64,000 bases of DNA from Chthoniobacterales bacterium. GTDB taxonomy: Bacteria; Verrucomicrobiota; Verrucomicrobiia; Chthoniobacterales; UBA10450. The DNA is taken from positions 1,047 to 65,046 of the forward strand of contig DATLNB010000047.1 in the NCBI GenBank assembly GCA_035536995.1, written 5' to 3'. Below, one piece after another: positions 18,653-27,017 of the stretch. The notes under the pieces were generated by a model, which was not told the origin of the DNA, did no database searches, and saw nothing but the letters and a program-made list of their open reading frames with translations. Made by a program: the position numbers and the translations under genes. Numbering within the stretch: the first letter of the stretch is position 1; each line of letters begins with the position of its first letter.

Positions 18653-20071
18653 ATGTATCTCCGCCTCATTACCGGCATTTCTTTGTTTGCGCTGTCCTTC
18701 GTCCCGCGGGGACACTCGTACGTTTTGGAAGATGAACCGTGGACACCGAACCGGACCATCGTGATGCAATTGTCTCTGGGCGGGCCGAAAGCTTTGAACG
18801 ACGGGTTCAGCTCCTTCAACCAATCGGCACTCGACGCCCTGAATATCTGGAACCAGCACACTCCGCATCTTCAGTTCGCCGGAATAATGAATTCCCCGGT
18901 CCCCGTCAGTGGGACTGACGACCTGATGTCAGTCGTATTTTCTTCAACCTTCAACGGGGAGAGTTTCGGAACCGGGACGCTGGCCGTAACCCTGCTTTAT
19001 TCGCGGCAACCAGGGGTACGGGAACAGACCGACACCTACTTCAACACGGCGTATCCCTGGGATTCGTACCGCGGGCCGTTGCAGGCCGCGGAGGATTTTC
19101 ATCGGGTAGCGATCCACGAATTCGGACACACCCTCGGGCTCGATCATCCCAATCAGGCCGGACAAAACGTAAGTGCCATCATGAATTCGTCGGTCAGCAA
19201 CGTCGAAACCCTGCAACCGGACGACATCGCCGGAGCGCAGGCGCTCTCCGGGCCGCCCTATCAGACGTCGGTAAATGCGCCGGTTCTTCAAAACATTTCG
19301 ACACGCAGCTTTGTCGGGACCGGTGACAATGTCCTGATTGGCGGCTTCATTATTCAGGGGACGCAACCGGCGACCGTGATCCTTCGTGGGATTGGTTACT
19401 CCCTGAGCGCTTTCGGGATTACAAATGCGCTGGCCGACCCGGTGATCACGGTTTTCAACTCAAGCAACCAGCAGGTGGCGACGAACGACGATTGGTTTAC
19501 GAGCGCGAATGCCAGCACCATCGCGAGCTACCGGCTCGATCCGCCGAGTAGTATCGAATCGGCGCTCCTCCTTACTTTGAACCCCGGTTCCTATACCGCC
19601 GTCGTCCGCGGCTACTCGGATTCGAGCACGCCGGCCTCCACCGGCATCGCGTTGTTCGAGCTTTACGATCTCCACACGACCGGGGGCCGCGCCGGAAATG
19701 TTTCTACCCGGGGACGGGTGGGCACTGGCGGAAGCGTTTTGATTGGCGGATTCATCATTGGCGGAGGGCAGGCCAAGCAGGTCATCATTCGGGCGCTAGG
19801 GCCCAGCCTCGCAAATTCCGGCGTTGCTAACGCGATCGCCGATCCGACTCTTGAACTGCACAACGCGAATGGCGCGACGTTGCAGACGAACAACAATTGG
19901 CAGGAGAGTCCGGACGCCGGCACGATATCGAGCCAGGGCTTCGCGCCGGCCGATGCGCGCGAGTCTGCTCTGCTCGCCACCCTCAATCCCGGCAGCTTCA
20001 CCGCGGTCGTCCAGAACGCGAACGGGGTGACCGGCGTAGGGTTGGTGGAGGTCTACGACTTAAGCCCCTGA
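18653..20071 (+). CDS. Secreted matrixin-like (M10) zinc metalloprotease with two C-terminal ~125-aa repeat modules
   Basis: Signal peptide from the ATG at 18653 (MYLRLITGISLFALSFVP). Zinc site HEFGHTLGLDHP followed by AIMNS (Met-turn). Two tandem modules at 19283-19672 and 19694-20062. Confidence 0.85.
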   Translation: MYLRLITGISLFALSFVPRGHSYVLEDEPWTPNRTIVMQLSLGGPKALNDGFSSFNQSALDALNIWNQHTPHLQFAGIMNSPVPVSGTDDLMSVVFSSTFNGESFGTGTLAVTLLYSRQPGVREQTDTYFNTAYPWDSYRGPLQAAEDFHRVAIHEFGHTLGLDHPNQAGQNVSAIMNSSVSNVETLQPDDIAGAQALSGPPYQTSVNAPVLQNISTRSFVGTGDNVLIGGFIIQGTQPATVILRGIGYSLSAFGITNALADPVITVFNSSNQQVATNDDWFTSANASTIASYRLDPPSSIESALLLTLNPGSYTAVVRGYSDSSTPASTGIALFELYDLHTTGGRAGNVSTRGRVGTGGSVLIGGFIIGGGQAKQVIIRALGPSLANSGVANAIADPTLELHNANGATLQTNNNWQESPDAGTISSQGFAPADARESALLATLNPGSFTAVVQNANGVTGVGLVEVYDLSP

Positions 20072-20081
20072 CGATTCGAAC

Positions 20082-22385
20082 TCAGGGCAGATTGTAAACC
20101 TCGGCAAGAGCAACGCCGGTGCTGGATCCTTTCCCGCGAACGATCGCCGTATAATTCCCGGGCGCGAGAGACGTGAGGATTGCTGCTTCATCGGGATTGC
20201 CCGGGGCAAGTCCGGCCGTCACCAGCTCAGCCGACCCGGAATCCGTGATCCAACTGTCATTCGTGCGGAGGGTGGCGCCATTGCTGTCGTGCAATTCAAG
20301 AACCGGATCGGCTAAGGGGTCGGCAATCCCGGCACTGCTCAACGATGGACCAAGCGCGCGTGTCGCGATGTGCCCGCTGGAGCCAGTGCCGACGATAAAT
20401 CCGCCGATGAGGACGTCGTCGCCAGTGCTGACAAAGCCCCGTGTGCTAATGTTCGCGACCATCGAATTTGCGGCCTGAACGAGATCGTACATCTCGACGA
20501 GACCGACGCCGGTCGCGTTATTTTTCCCCCGGACAATCGCGGTGTAAGCCCCGGGCAACAGGGTTTGGACAAGGGCGGCTTCCTTGTTGTTGTCAGGCGC
20601 GATTCCATTTGACCTAAGCTCCGCGGCTGCGGCGACGTCGCTCTCCCAATCGTCGTTCGTGGCAACGATGGAACCATCCGGGCCATGAAGCTCGAGCAAG
20701 GGATCAGCCAGGACGCCGCTGAGGCCGGCGTTGGTCAACGACGGGCCAATGCCGCGGATCGCGATCCGTTTTGGTTCCGCGCCGGTGATGATGAAACCGC
20801 CTATCAAAACCCCTTCGCCACTGAGCACCCGCATTCGCGTGGAGACGTTGATAAGAGACGACTGCTCGCCCGTGAAAATATTGTCATAGACGTAGCCCGC
20901 AATTTTTCGGCCTTGCTCGATACCCGCGGTTTTGTCGAACGCCCAATGAATTCCAAGATAGATGCGGCTCTGGCCATTCTCTTCCTCGGCCTCGGACAGG
21001 GAATTAAAATGGCGCGGCTTGAGGTCGCGGATGTTTCCGCCGTTATCGACGGTCACGCCGTTAAATTCGTCCGACGTAAACGTGAACGCGATATCGTCCG
21101 TGTGGTAGTAGCGCCGGAGGGTTTCGAACAGGGCTCCGCCGAAGGTCGCGTGCCCCGATGGATAGGCGGGGAAGGGAGGCGTGAAGTTAGGTCCGGTCAG
21201 ATTGCTCGCAGGAGCGCCAAGGGGATGGAAGGTGGGATCCCCAATCGTGGCCAGGTTACCATCGCCGGCGCCGGAAGGACCTGTCCCGGCATCGGATTCG
21301 CGAATGCCGGTAACGGGCCGCCAGAATTGATAGAAGAATTTCGATTCCCAGGAGGCGATTCCAGCATCAGCCATGGAAACGTTAACCAGCGCGAGAAGGC
21401 GGGCCATCTCGAGCGCGTTCCGGTCCGTGCCTTTTTGCTTCGCGATATGCATCGTGATCTGATTGTAAAGCCGCGGGGGCGCGCACAGGCTGGGTGTTCC
21501 ATCGTAAGCCCAGAAGATCCCCATTTCCGTCTGGTCGGAGGTCCGAACCGTCGGCGTATTGATGCCATCACCTCCGAGTGCCTTCACTTCGTTGTAGGCA
21601 ACGGTGTATTCTACGCTGTCCAAAGCGGGGGGCGCCGGTGTCCGAAACTGATTGGCCGATTGTAGGACAAAGGGCGTGACCTGGCTCCAATTCGCGCCTA
21701 GGGCCAGGGGGATCTGGCTGATCGGGTCCTGGCGCCATTTGCCGGCTTCGTTACTCGGGAGGAACTCCTGGCCCACGCGCGGCTCGGCATGCGCTGAACC
21801 ATCGTTCGCACGCAGATTAAGGATGCCCGCCGCGGTCTGATGTCCGAGTTCAATTCCCTCAGCTTTGGCGGAGCCGGAATCGATGTTAGCGAGGTCGTCA
21901 GCGAGCGCCTGGTCGAAGGCAGCGGCTTGGGACGGGAACATGGCGGTCAACGTATCCCTTGCCGCCTGGGCGATGGCCGCGCTCATGGAAGCCGTCTTCA
22001 CCGGGCTAATGGTGCTGAAACTTTTGTAGCCCCCCGCAATCGCATTCACGCTGTCGAACATCGCGATGTGCACGATCGCGATCGCACGGCTGGACCGCGC
22101 CGGCCCGACTTGTTCGCCAAATATACGCGGGTCACCCGGGGGAACCGGGGTGTGATCGAGACCGCTCGCGTCGATTGCGATCTGATTCCACCGGGCAAGA
22201 ACATCCGCCGGGTCATCACCGCCGTGAGCGGGCACCGCGGGGGAGGTAACGCGCGCTGCCGCTTCGAATTGCGGTCCAAAAAAATCCTGAAGATTTCGTG
22301 TCCGCGGTGAGGCCGAGGAAGAGAACGTAAGCGCAATCGTGACGCCAGAAAGAGCGCTAATCGCTTTTCGGAATCGAATATTCAT
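20082..22385 (-). CDS. Secreted PAP2-superfamily / vanadium-haloperoxidase-like protein with two C-terminal ~125-aa repeat modules
   Basis: Signal-like N-terminus from the ATG at 22383-22385 (MNIRFRKAISALSGVTIALTFSSSA). Motifs PAYPSGHATFGGA and SRIYLGIHWAFD. Modules at 20481-20852 and 20085-20456. Confidence 0.75.
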   Translation of the reverse strand: MNIRFRKAISALSGVTIALTFSSSASPRTRNLQDFFGPQFEAAARVTSPAVPAHGGDDPADVLARWNQIAIDASGLDHTPVPPGDPRIFGEQVGPARSSRAIAIVHIAMFDSVNAIAGGYKSFSTISPVKTASMSAAIAQAARDTLTAMFPSQAAAFDQALADDLANIDSGSAKAEGIELGHQTAAGILNLRANDGSAHAEPRVGQEFLPSNEAGKWRQDPISQIPLALGANWSQVTPFVLQSANQFRTPAPPALDSVEYTVAYNEVKALGGDGINTPTVRTSDQTEMGIFWAYDGTPSLCAPPRLYNQITMHIAKQKGTDRNALEMARLLALVNVSMADAGIASWESKFFYQFWRPVTGIRESDAGTGPSGAGDGNLATIGDPTFHPLGAPASNLTGPNFTPPFPAYPSGHATFGGALFETLRRYYHTDDIAFTFTSDEFNGVTVDNGGNIRDLKPRHFNSLSEAEEENGQSRIYLGIHWAFDKTAGIEQGRKIAGYVYDNIFTGEQSSLINVSTRMRVLSGEGVLIGGFIITGAEPKRIAIRGIGPSLTNAGLSGVLADPLLELHGPDGSIVATNDDWESDVAAAAELRSNGIAPDNNKEAALVQTLLPGAYTAIVRGKNNATGVGLVEMYDLVQAANSMVANISTRGFVSTGDDVLIGGFIVGTGSSGHIATRALGPSLSSAGIADPLADPVLELHDSNGATLRTNDSWITDSGSAELVTAGLAPGNPDEAAILTSLAPGNYTAIVRGKGSSTGVALAEVYNLP

Positions 22386-22591
22386 AGAGGTGCGCTCTTC
22401 GGGCCGCCGGGGGGGAAGGGACACGGAGCGAGTATTGGTATTTCTGGGCATATTCGAAAAACTCCGCGCAAGGCAAGCTTATAGACGAAACTCTCAAATT
22501 TTTGCGGGGGACGGCCGGGGGTGGCCGCACTTGAAAAAGCTTAATCGGATTGACGTCGGAGGGATGCAGGTCGAGTGAGAGCGGGTGCTTT

Positions 22592-23077
22592 ATGGATGCG
22601 CTTTGTAGTTATCTAAACGATCATCTGGCGGGGTCCGTCGGCGCGCTCGAATTGATGGATCGCCTGGTCGACGCCCACCGCGACAAACCGATGGGGAGTT
22701 TTTTTGAAACATTGCGTGGCGAAATTCAGGCCGACCAGGACCAGTTGAAAGGCCTTCTGGAAAAACTCGGGGGACATGAAAGCTCCGTGCGCAAGGCGGG
22801 GGCCTGGATCGCGGAGAAACTATCCCGGCCGAAGATTGACCTTGAAAGCGATCCTGACGAAACCAACGTCGGATTACTTCTTGCCCTGGAAGCGCTCGTC
22901 CTCGGGATAACAGGGAAACGCTCGCTCTGGCGTGCCCTTGGTGCCGCGTCCCGAACGGTTCCGGAGTTAGCCCGCCTCGATTACTCCGGACTCGAAAAGC
23001 GCGCGATCGAGCAGTGCGAACGGGTGGAAGCAAAGCGGCTCGAGCTGGCGCGCACTGTCTTTCTCCCGCGGGATTGA
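22592..23077 (+). CDS. Hypothetical helical protein
   Basis: ORF with GC-rich third positions. Start set at the ATG at 22592 (MDALCSYLNDHLAG). No family recognised. Confidence 0.5.
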   Translation: MDALCSYLNDHLAGSVGALELMDRLVDAHRDKPMGSFFETLRGEIQADQDQLKGLLEKLGGHESSVRKAGAWIAEKLSRPKIDLESDPDETNVGLLLALEALVLGITGKRSLWRALGAASRTVPELARLDYSGLEKRAIEQCERVEAKRLELARTVFLPRD

Positions 23078-23174
23078 GCGGTAAATAACCGGGCCGCAGA
23101 AGAGGCTCCGCCATTTTTAGCTTGAGTGCCCGGGCGGGAGCAATCACGCTGAAAACGTGAGAGCTACGTCCGTC

Positions 23175-23930
23175 ATGGAGAGCCCGACGCCTCTGACCCA
23201 CTTTGCCACCACGCGCTGGAGCCTGATTCGGCAACGCTATCTTCCCGGGGAAAATCGCAGCAAAATCGACCCGGGCCTCGCGCAGCTTTGCCAGATTTAT
23301 TGGCGCCCAATTTTCACTTTCATCTACCGGCGGGGATACTCGGCTCCCGATGCGCAGGACCTGACGCAGGATTTTTTTCTGATGCTGCTGGAAGGCAAGC
23401 TCCTGGAAATGGCTGATCCAGAACGGGGCCGTTTCCGTTCCCTCCTTTTGCGATCGCTAAAAAACTTTTTGATCGACGCAGCGGTGAAGCGACGCCGGCA
23501 CAAGCGCGGAGGGCAGGTCCAGTTTGTTTCGTGGGAGAAATGGATGGCCGATGCCCCGCCTCAGTTGTCACTGCCGTCCAGCGCGGTGGAATCGTCGCCG
23601 CCGGAAGCGCTGTTTGACGCCGGTTGGGCGGCGGCCATCGCAGAAGAAGCGTTGCGCCGACTCCGCTTGGAATGCGAAAGCAAGGGCCGGCGCCGGGTTT
23701 ACGAAGTCCTGCATACCTACCTTACGGCTGAGCGGACTGAGACCTGTTATGAAGGACTGTCGCGGGCTCTCGGAGTTCCCGAAGCTTCAGTCAAGAGTCT
23801 GCTTCACCATTTCCGGACGCGCTATCGCACGCTTCTTCGCGAGGAGATCGCCAAGACCGTCGAGTCGGAGGCGAACGTAGACGAAGAAATCCGTTATCTT
23901 TGCGCCACCCTCAGCGCCGCCGCCGGGTAG
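23175..23930 (+). CDS. ECF sigma factor, ECF43-like (Ser/Thr-kinase-associated type)
   Basis: N-terminal ATTRWSLI motif; region 2 (DAQDLTQDFFLMLL); region 4-like C-terminus. Immediately followed by a Ser/Thr kinase gene, with no anti-sigma gene. An alternative GTG start lies at 23157. Confidence 0.8.
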   Translation: MESPTPLTHFATTRWSLIRQRYLPGENRSKIDPGLAQLCQIYWRPIFTFIYRRGYSAPDAQDLTQDFFLMLLEGKLLEMADPERGRFRSLLLRSLKNFLIDAAVKRRRHKRGGQVQFVSWEKWMADAPPQLSLPSSAVESSPPEALFDAGWAAAIAEEALRRLRLECESKGRRRVYEVLHTYLTAERTETCYEGLSRALGVPEASVKSLLHHFRTRYRTLLREEIAKTVESEANVDEEIRYLCATLSAAAG

Positions 23931-23936
23931 GCGCTC

Positions 23937-26678
23937 ATGCCACGGGGACCCTCCAGCGATTCGTCTTTTTCCGTAACCGTAGAGCCGCAGATTTGCTCGC
24001 GGTGCCATACCGTTTCACGACTGACTAACGGCCTTTGCCTCAACTGCCTCCTGCGCGGCGCGCTGAGTGAGGAAACTGCCCCGGCCGGCAAGGAGGCCTT
24101 CAAGGAAGTACTCTCCGCGGTCCAGTCGCGGGACGGGGATTGGCACATCGCCGATCACGAGATCCTGCACGAGATCGCGCGAGGCGGGATGGGGGTCGTT
24201 TACCAGGCGCAAGAACCTCATTCCGGCCGAATCGTCGCGCTAAAGTGCGTTCTCGCCTTTCACGACGATTCAGACCATCTCCTGGCGCGATTCCGGCGGG
24301 AGGCGGAAACGGCCGCCCGGCTGGATCATCCGAACATCGTCCCGATTTATCAGATCGGGGAGACGGCTGACGGGTTCCCGTATTACACGATGAAGTACGC
24401 GCCCGGCGGGAGTCTGCTTGGGGCGCGCGGTCCTCTTCGCCAGCACCCGCGGGAAAGTGTCGAGCTCATGGCGAAAGTCGCGCGGGCCGTCCACTACGCG
24501 CATGAGCACGGGGTTCTCCACCGGGACCTAAAACCCGGCAATATTCTCCTGGATAATCAGGGGCAACCGATGGTGAGCGATTTCGGCTTGGCCAGATGTG
24601 AAACCGTCTCCGGTGATCTCACCCGGTCGCTGAGCAGCTTCGGCACGCCTGGCTATATCGCCCCCGAACAGGCTGACGGTCCCGCGGCCAACCTCACCCC
24701 AGCCGCCGATATTTACAGCCTCGGTGCCATCTTGTTTGAGCTCCTGACCGGCCGGACGCCATTCGTCGGCGATAACGCGTTTGCGGTAATGAAGCAATCG
24801 GCTGACGAGCCCGCGCCGAAGGTGCGATCCCTGGCGCCGCGGGTCCATCGCGATCTGGAGAAAATATGCGAACGGTGCCTGGAGCGGGAGCCGCGCGATC
24901 GATATCAGTCCGCTGCGGCCCTCGGGCACGATCTGGAGCAGTGGCTGGCGGGGGAACCGATCAGCGCCACGATCGTCCCTCCATGGAGGCGCGTAGCGCG
25001 ATGGGCGGGCCGGCACCAGAAACTTGCGGCCGCGTTATCCGTAGTTGCTCTCATGGCGGCAATAGCAATCGGGTGGCAGGTCTACAGTGCACGCCTCCGC
25101 TCCATGATGCACGAAACTGTCGTTGCTTCACGGTCGACTGTTGTCCTGCCGTTTTTCGACATCGATCGGGTCGGCCGGGACGACGCGGTAGCCCGGTTGG
25201 TGGGAGCTCAGCTCAAAGAGCGCCTGGTTGCTCTGGGCCCGGCGCAGGTGGAGCTGGCTGATTCAGGTCCGCCGATCAATTGGGCCGCGCCCGACACGAT
25301 CCGCGTGGGCGGGCGGATCGCGAAAGCCCGAACCGTCATAAGCGGCACAATCCGCAACACCGAAAACGGGAAACGGATCTCGCTGCGACTTCGCAATGCG
25401 GCTGATGGGACCCCGCTATTCACCAAAGTATTAGTCCTGGAGACTGCCAACGCGCCCGTGGTGACTGACGACCTCGCCCGCAGCCTCTACGCGCTCATCA
25501 GCGCTTCCGACTGGTCCTCAGTCACCGAAGCAACCGCGGACGCGGTTTGCAACAACCCCGAAGCGAAAGAGCATATTCTGGCCGGGCGCAATTTGCTTAA
25601 CCGCGCTTCAAACACCTCGGACTGCGACGGGGCGATCGATCTGTTCAGGCGGGCCCTGGCGAAAACGCCTAATTCGGTTCTCGGCCATGTCTATTTGTCT
25701 TACGCGGCCGCCGGCCGAACCCACTACAACTCTGATGCGAGTTTTCTCACTCTCGCCGAACAGGAAGCGGATCGGGCTCTTACGCTTTCAGCCGAGTCTG
25801 GCGAGGCCCACCGGGCAAAAGCCGCCGTCTATTACCAGCAAGGGCGTTTTTCTGACGCGCTTGAAGAAGAAATAAAATGCATCGAGTTCGGTGGACTCGA
25901 CGAGAAGGTCGCAAACTTCATCGGGCGAACCCTGGATACCCTTGGGCGACCGGAGCTGGCTCTAAAATGGTGCGAAGTTCCGTTGCGGACGCCGCGGACT
26001 CCCGGCGAAGTGGAATGGGTCATCGGCGATTGCTGGATGAAATTAGGTGACGACGGGCGCGCGCTCGAAGCCTATCGGCGTTCCTACGAGCTCCATCCCG
26101 ATATGCCGCACGGGCCGATGGGTATCTCGCACATTTACTTGCTCCAGGCTGACTTTGACAAAGCGCGCGCGGCTTTGCGCCAGCTGGAGAAAGTTCGCGA
26201 CGCCGGCGAATCCGACAAGCTCGCCGCAGAGATAGAATTCTTTGCCCGCGATTTCACGAAAGCCCGCGTGCGTTACGAGGCACTCGCTGCACATGACCCT
26301 GAGGGCGGGGGATTGTTCTGGGGGTCGATTAGCTACAAATCCGCCCTCGCCCGGATACATCAGGAACGCGGCGAGGCTGCCCAGGCAAACGACCTTCTGC
26401 GCCATTGCCTCGCGCGCGAATTTAAGGCGACAGCGCTTGAGCCCGCGAATGCGGAGCCGCTTTATCGTCGCGCAGCCGTCGAAGCGATGCTCGGCATGCC
26501 GGATGCCGCCTTCCAGCACCTGCGCCGCGCCGTCGAGCTGGGCTGGCTTGATTACCGTTCTTTTAGACTGGACCCCCGCTTTGATTCGTTGCGCGCTCGG
26601 CCTGAGTTCGAACAAATCGCTTCTGCCATGTCGAATAATGTCAGGGCAAAAAGGGCTCAGCTACAACCAGCAGACTAA
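23937..26678 (+). CDS. Membrane Ser/Thr protein kinase with N-terminal Cys4 zinc-ribbon-like motif and C-terminal TPR region
   Basis: CSRCH-x11-CLNC; kinase motifs GGMGVVYQA, VALKCV, HRDLKPGNILLD, DFGLAR, GTPGYIAPE; TM segment (LAAALSVVALMAAIAIGW); TPR-like C-terminal ~400 aa. Confidence 0.9.
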   Translation: MPRGPSSDSSFSVTVEPQICSRCHTVSRLTNGLCLNCLLRGALSEETAPAGKEAFKEVLSAVQSRDGDWHIADHEILHEIARGGMGVVYQAQEPHSGRIVALKCVLAFHDDSDHLLARFRREAETAARLDHPNIVPIYQIGETADGFPYYTMKYAPGGSLLGARGPLRQHPRESVELMAKVARAVHYAHEHGVLHRDLKPGNILLDNQGQPMVSDFGLARCETVSGDLTRSLSSFGTPGYIAPEQADGPAANLTPAADIYSLGAILFELLTGRTPFVGDNAFAVMKQSADEPAPKVRSLAPRVHRDLEKICERCLEREPRDRYQSAAALGHDLEQWLAGEPISATIVPPWRRVARWAGRHQKLAAALSVVALMAAIAIGWQVYSARLRSMMHETVVASRSTVVLPFFDIDRVGRDDAVARLVGAQLKERLVALGPAQVELADSGPPINWAAPDTIRVGGRIAKARTVISGTIRNTENGKRISLRLRNAADGTPLFTKVLVLETANAPVVTDDLARSLYALISASDWSSVTEATADAVCNNPEAKEHILAGRNLLNRASNTSDCDGAIDLFRRALAKTPNSVLGHVYLSYAAAGRTHYNSDASFLTLAEQEADRALTLSAESGEAHRAKAAVYYQQGRFSDALEEEIKCIEFGGLDEKVANFIGRTLDTLGRPELALKWCEVPLRTPRTPGEVEWVIGDCWMKLGDDGRALEAYRRSYELHPDMPHGPMGISHIYLLQADFDKARAALRQLEKVRDAGESDKLAAEIEFFARDFTKARVRYEALAAHDPEGGGLFWGSISYKSALARIHQERGEAAQANDLLRHCLAREFKATALEPANAEPLYRRAAVEAMLGMPDAAFQHLRRAVELGWLDYRSFRLDPRFDSLRARPEFEQIASAMSNNVRAKRAQLQPAD

Positions 26679-26690
26679 CGAATAAAAAGT

Positions 26691-27008
26691 ATGAATCTCA
26701 AGAATTGGGACAACATGACAAACGACGAGAAGCTTGATCGCCTTACTTCTGTTCTGACCCGGGCTGGCGCCGACGCCGACTTTCGGGGCCGATGCCTTGC
26801 ATCGGCGGACTCGGCCAAGGCAGCAGTGAGCGAGGTTGGGGAAATCGAATTTCCGCCGGATTTTCGAGTTCAGTTCCTTACTCCGGAGGAGCGTTTGAAA
26901 ACGCTTTTGCTGGCGGTGCCCGACCTAATCCCCACAGAAAACGGGCGGGCTGAGGTTCGCCAGGCCGAGGACTACCAGACCTGTACCTATACGATGTGGC
27001 GGACTTGA
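26691..27008 (+). CDS. Candidate RiPP precursor with NHLP/Nif11-like leader
   Basis: ADADFRGRCLASADSAKAAVSEVGEIEFPPDFRVQFLTPEERLKTLLLAVPDLIP follows the NHLP leader pattern (D..F...LL......A...E.G...P....V.V.E.....L.LVLP). The short C-terminal tail is TENGRAEVRQAEDYQTCTYTMWRT. Starts 12 nt after the kinase stop. Confidence 0.55.
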   Translation: MNLKNWDNMTNDEKLDRLTSVLTRAGADADFRGRCLASADSAKAAVSEVGEIEFPPDFRVQFLTPEERLKTLLLAVPDLIPTENGRAEVRQAEDYQTCTYTMWRT

Positions 27009-27017
27009 GCGAACAGC

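Noticed and set aside
18451-18861. N-terminal 137-aa extension of the listed 373-aa ORF 17740-18861
   Set aside because: The extension reads straight through tRNA-Arg (18476-18549) and has no sigma-factor similarity. The real sigma gene starts at 18450 or 18417.
20685-21665. 326-aa plus-strand ORF
   Set aside because: It is antisense to the PAP2/haloperoxidase-like gene and has no recognisable motifs.
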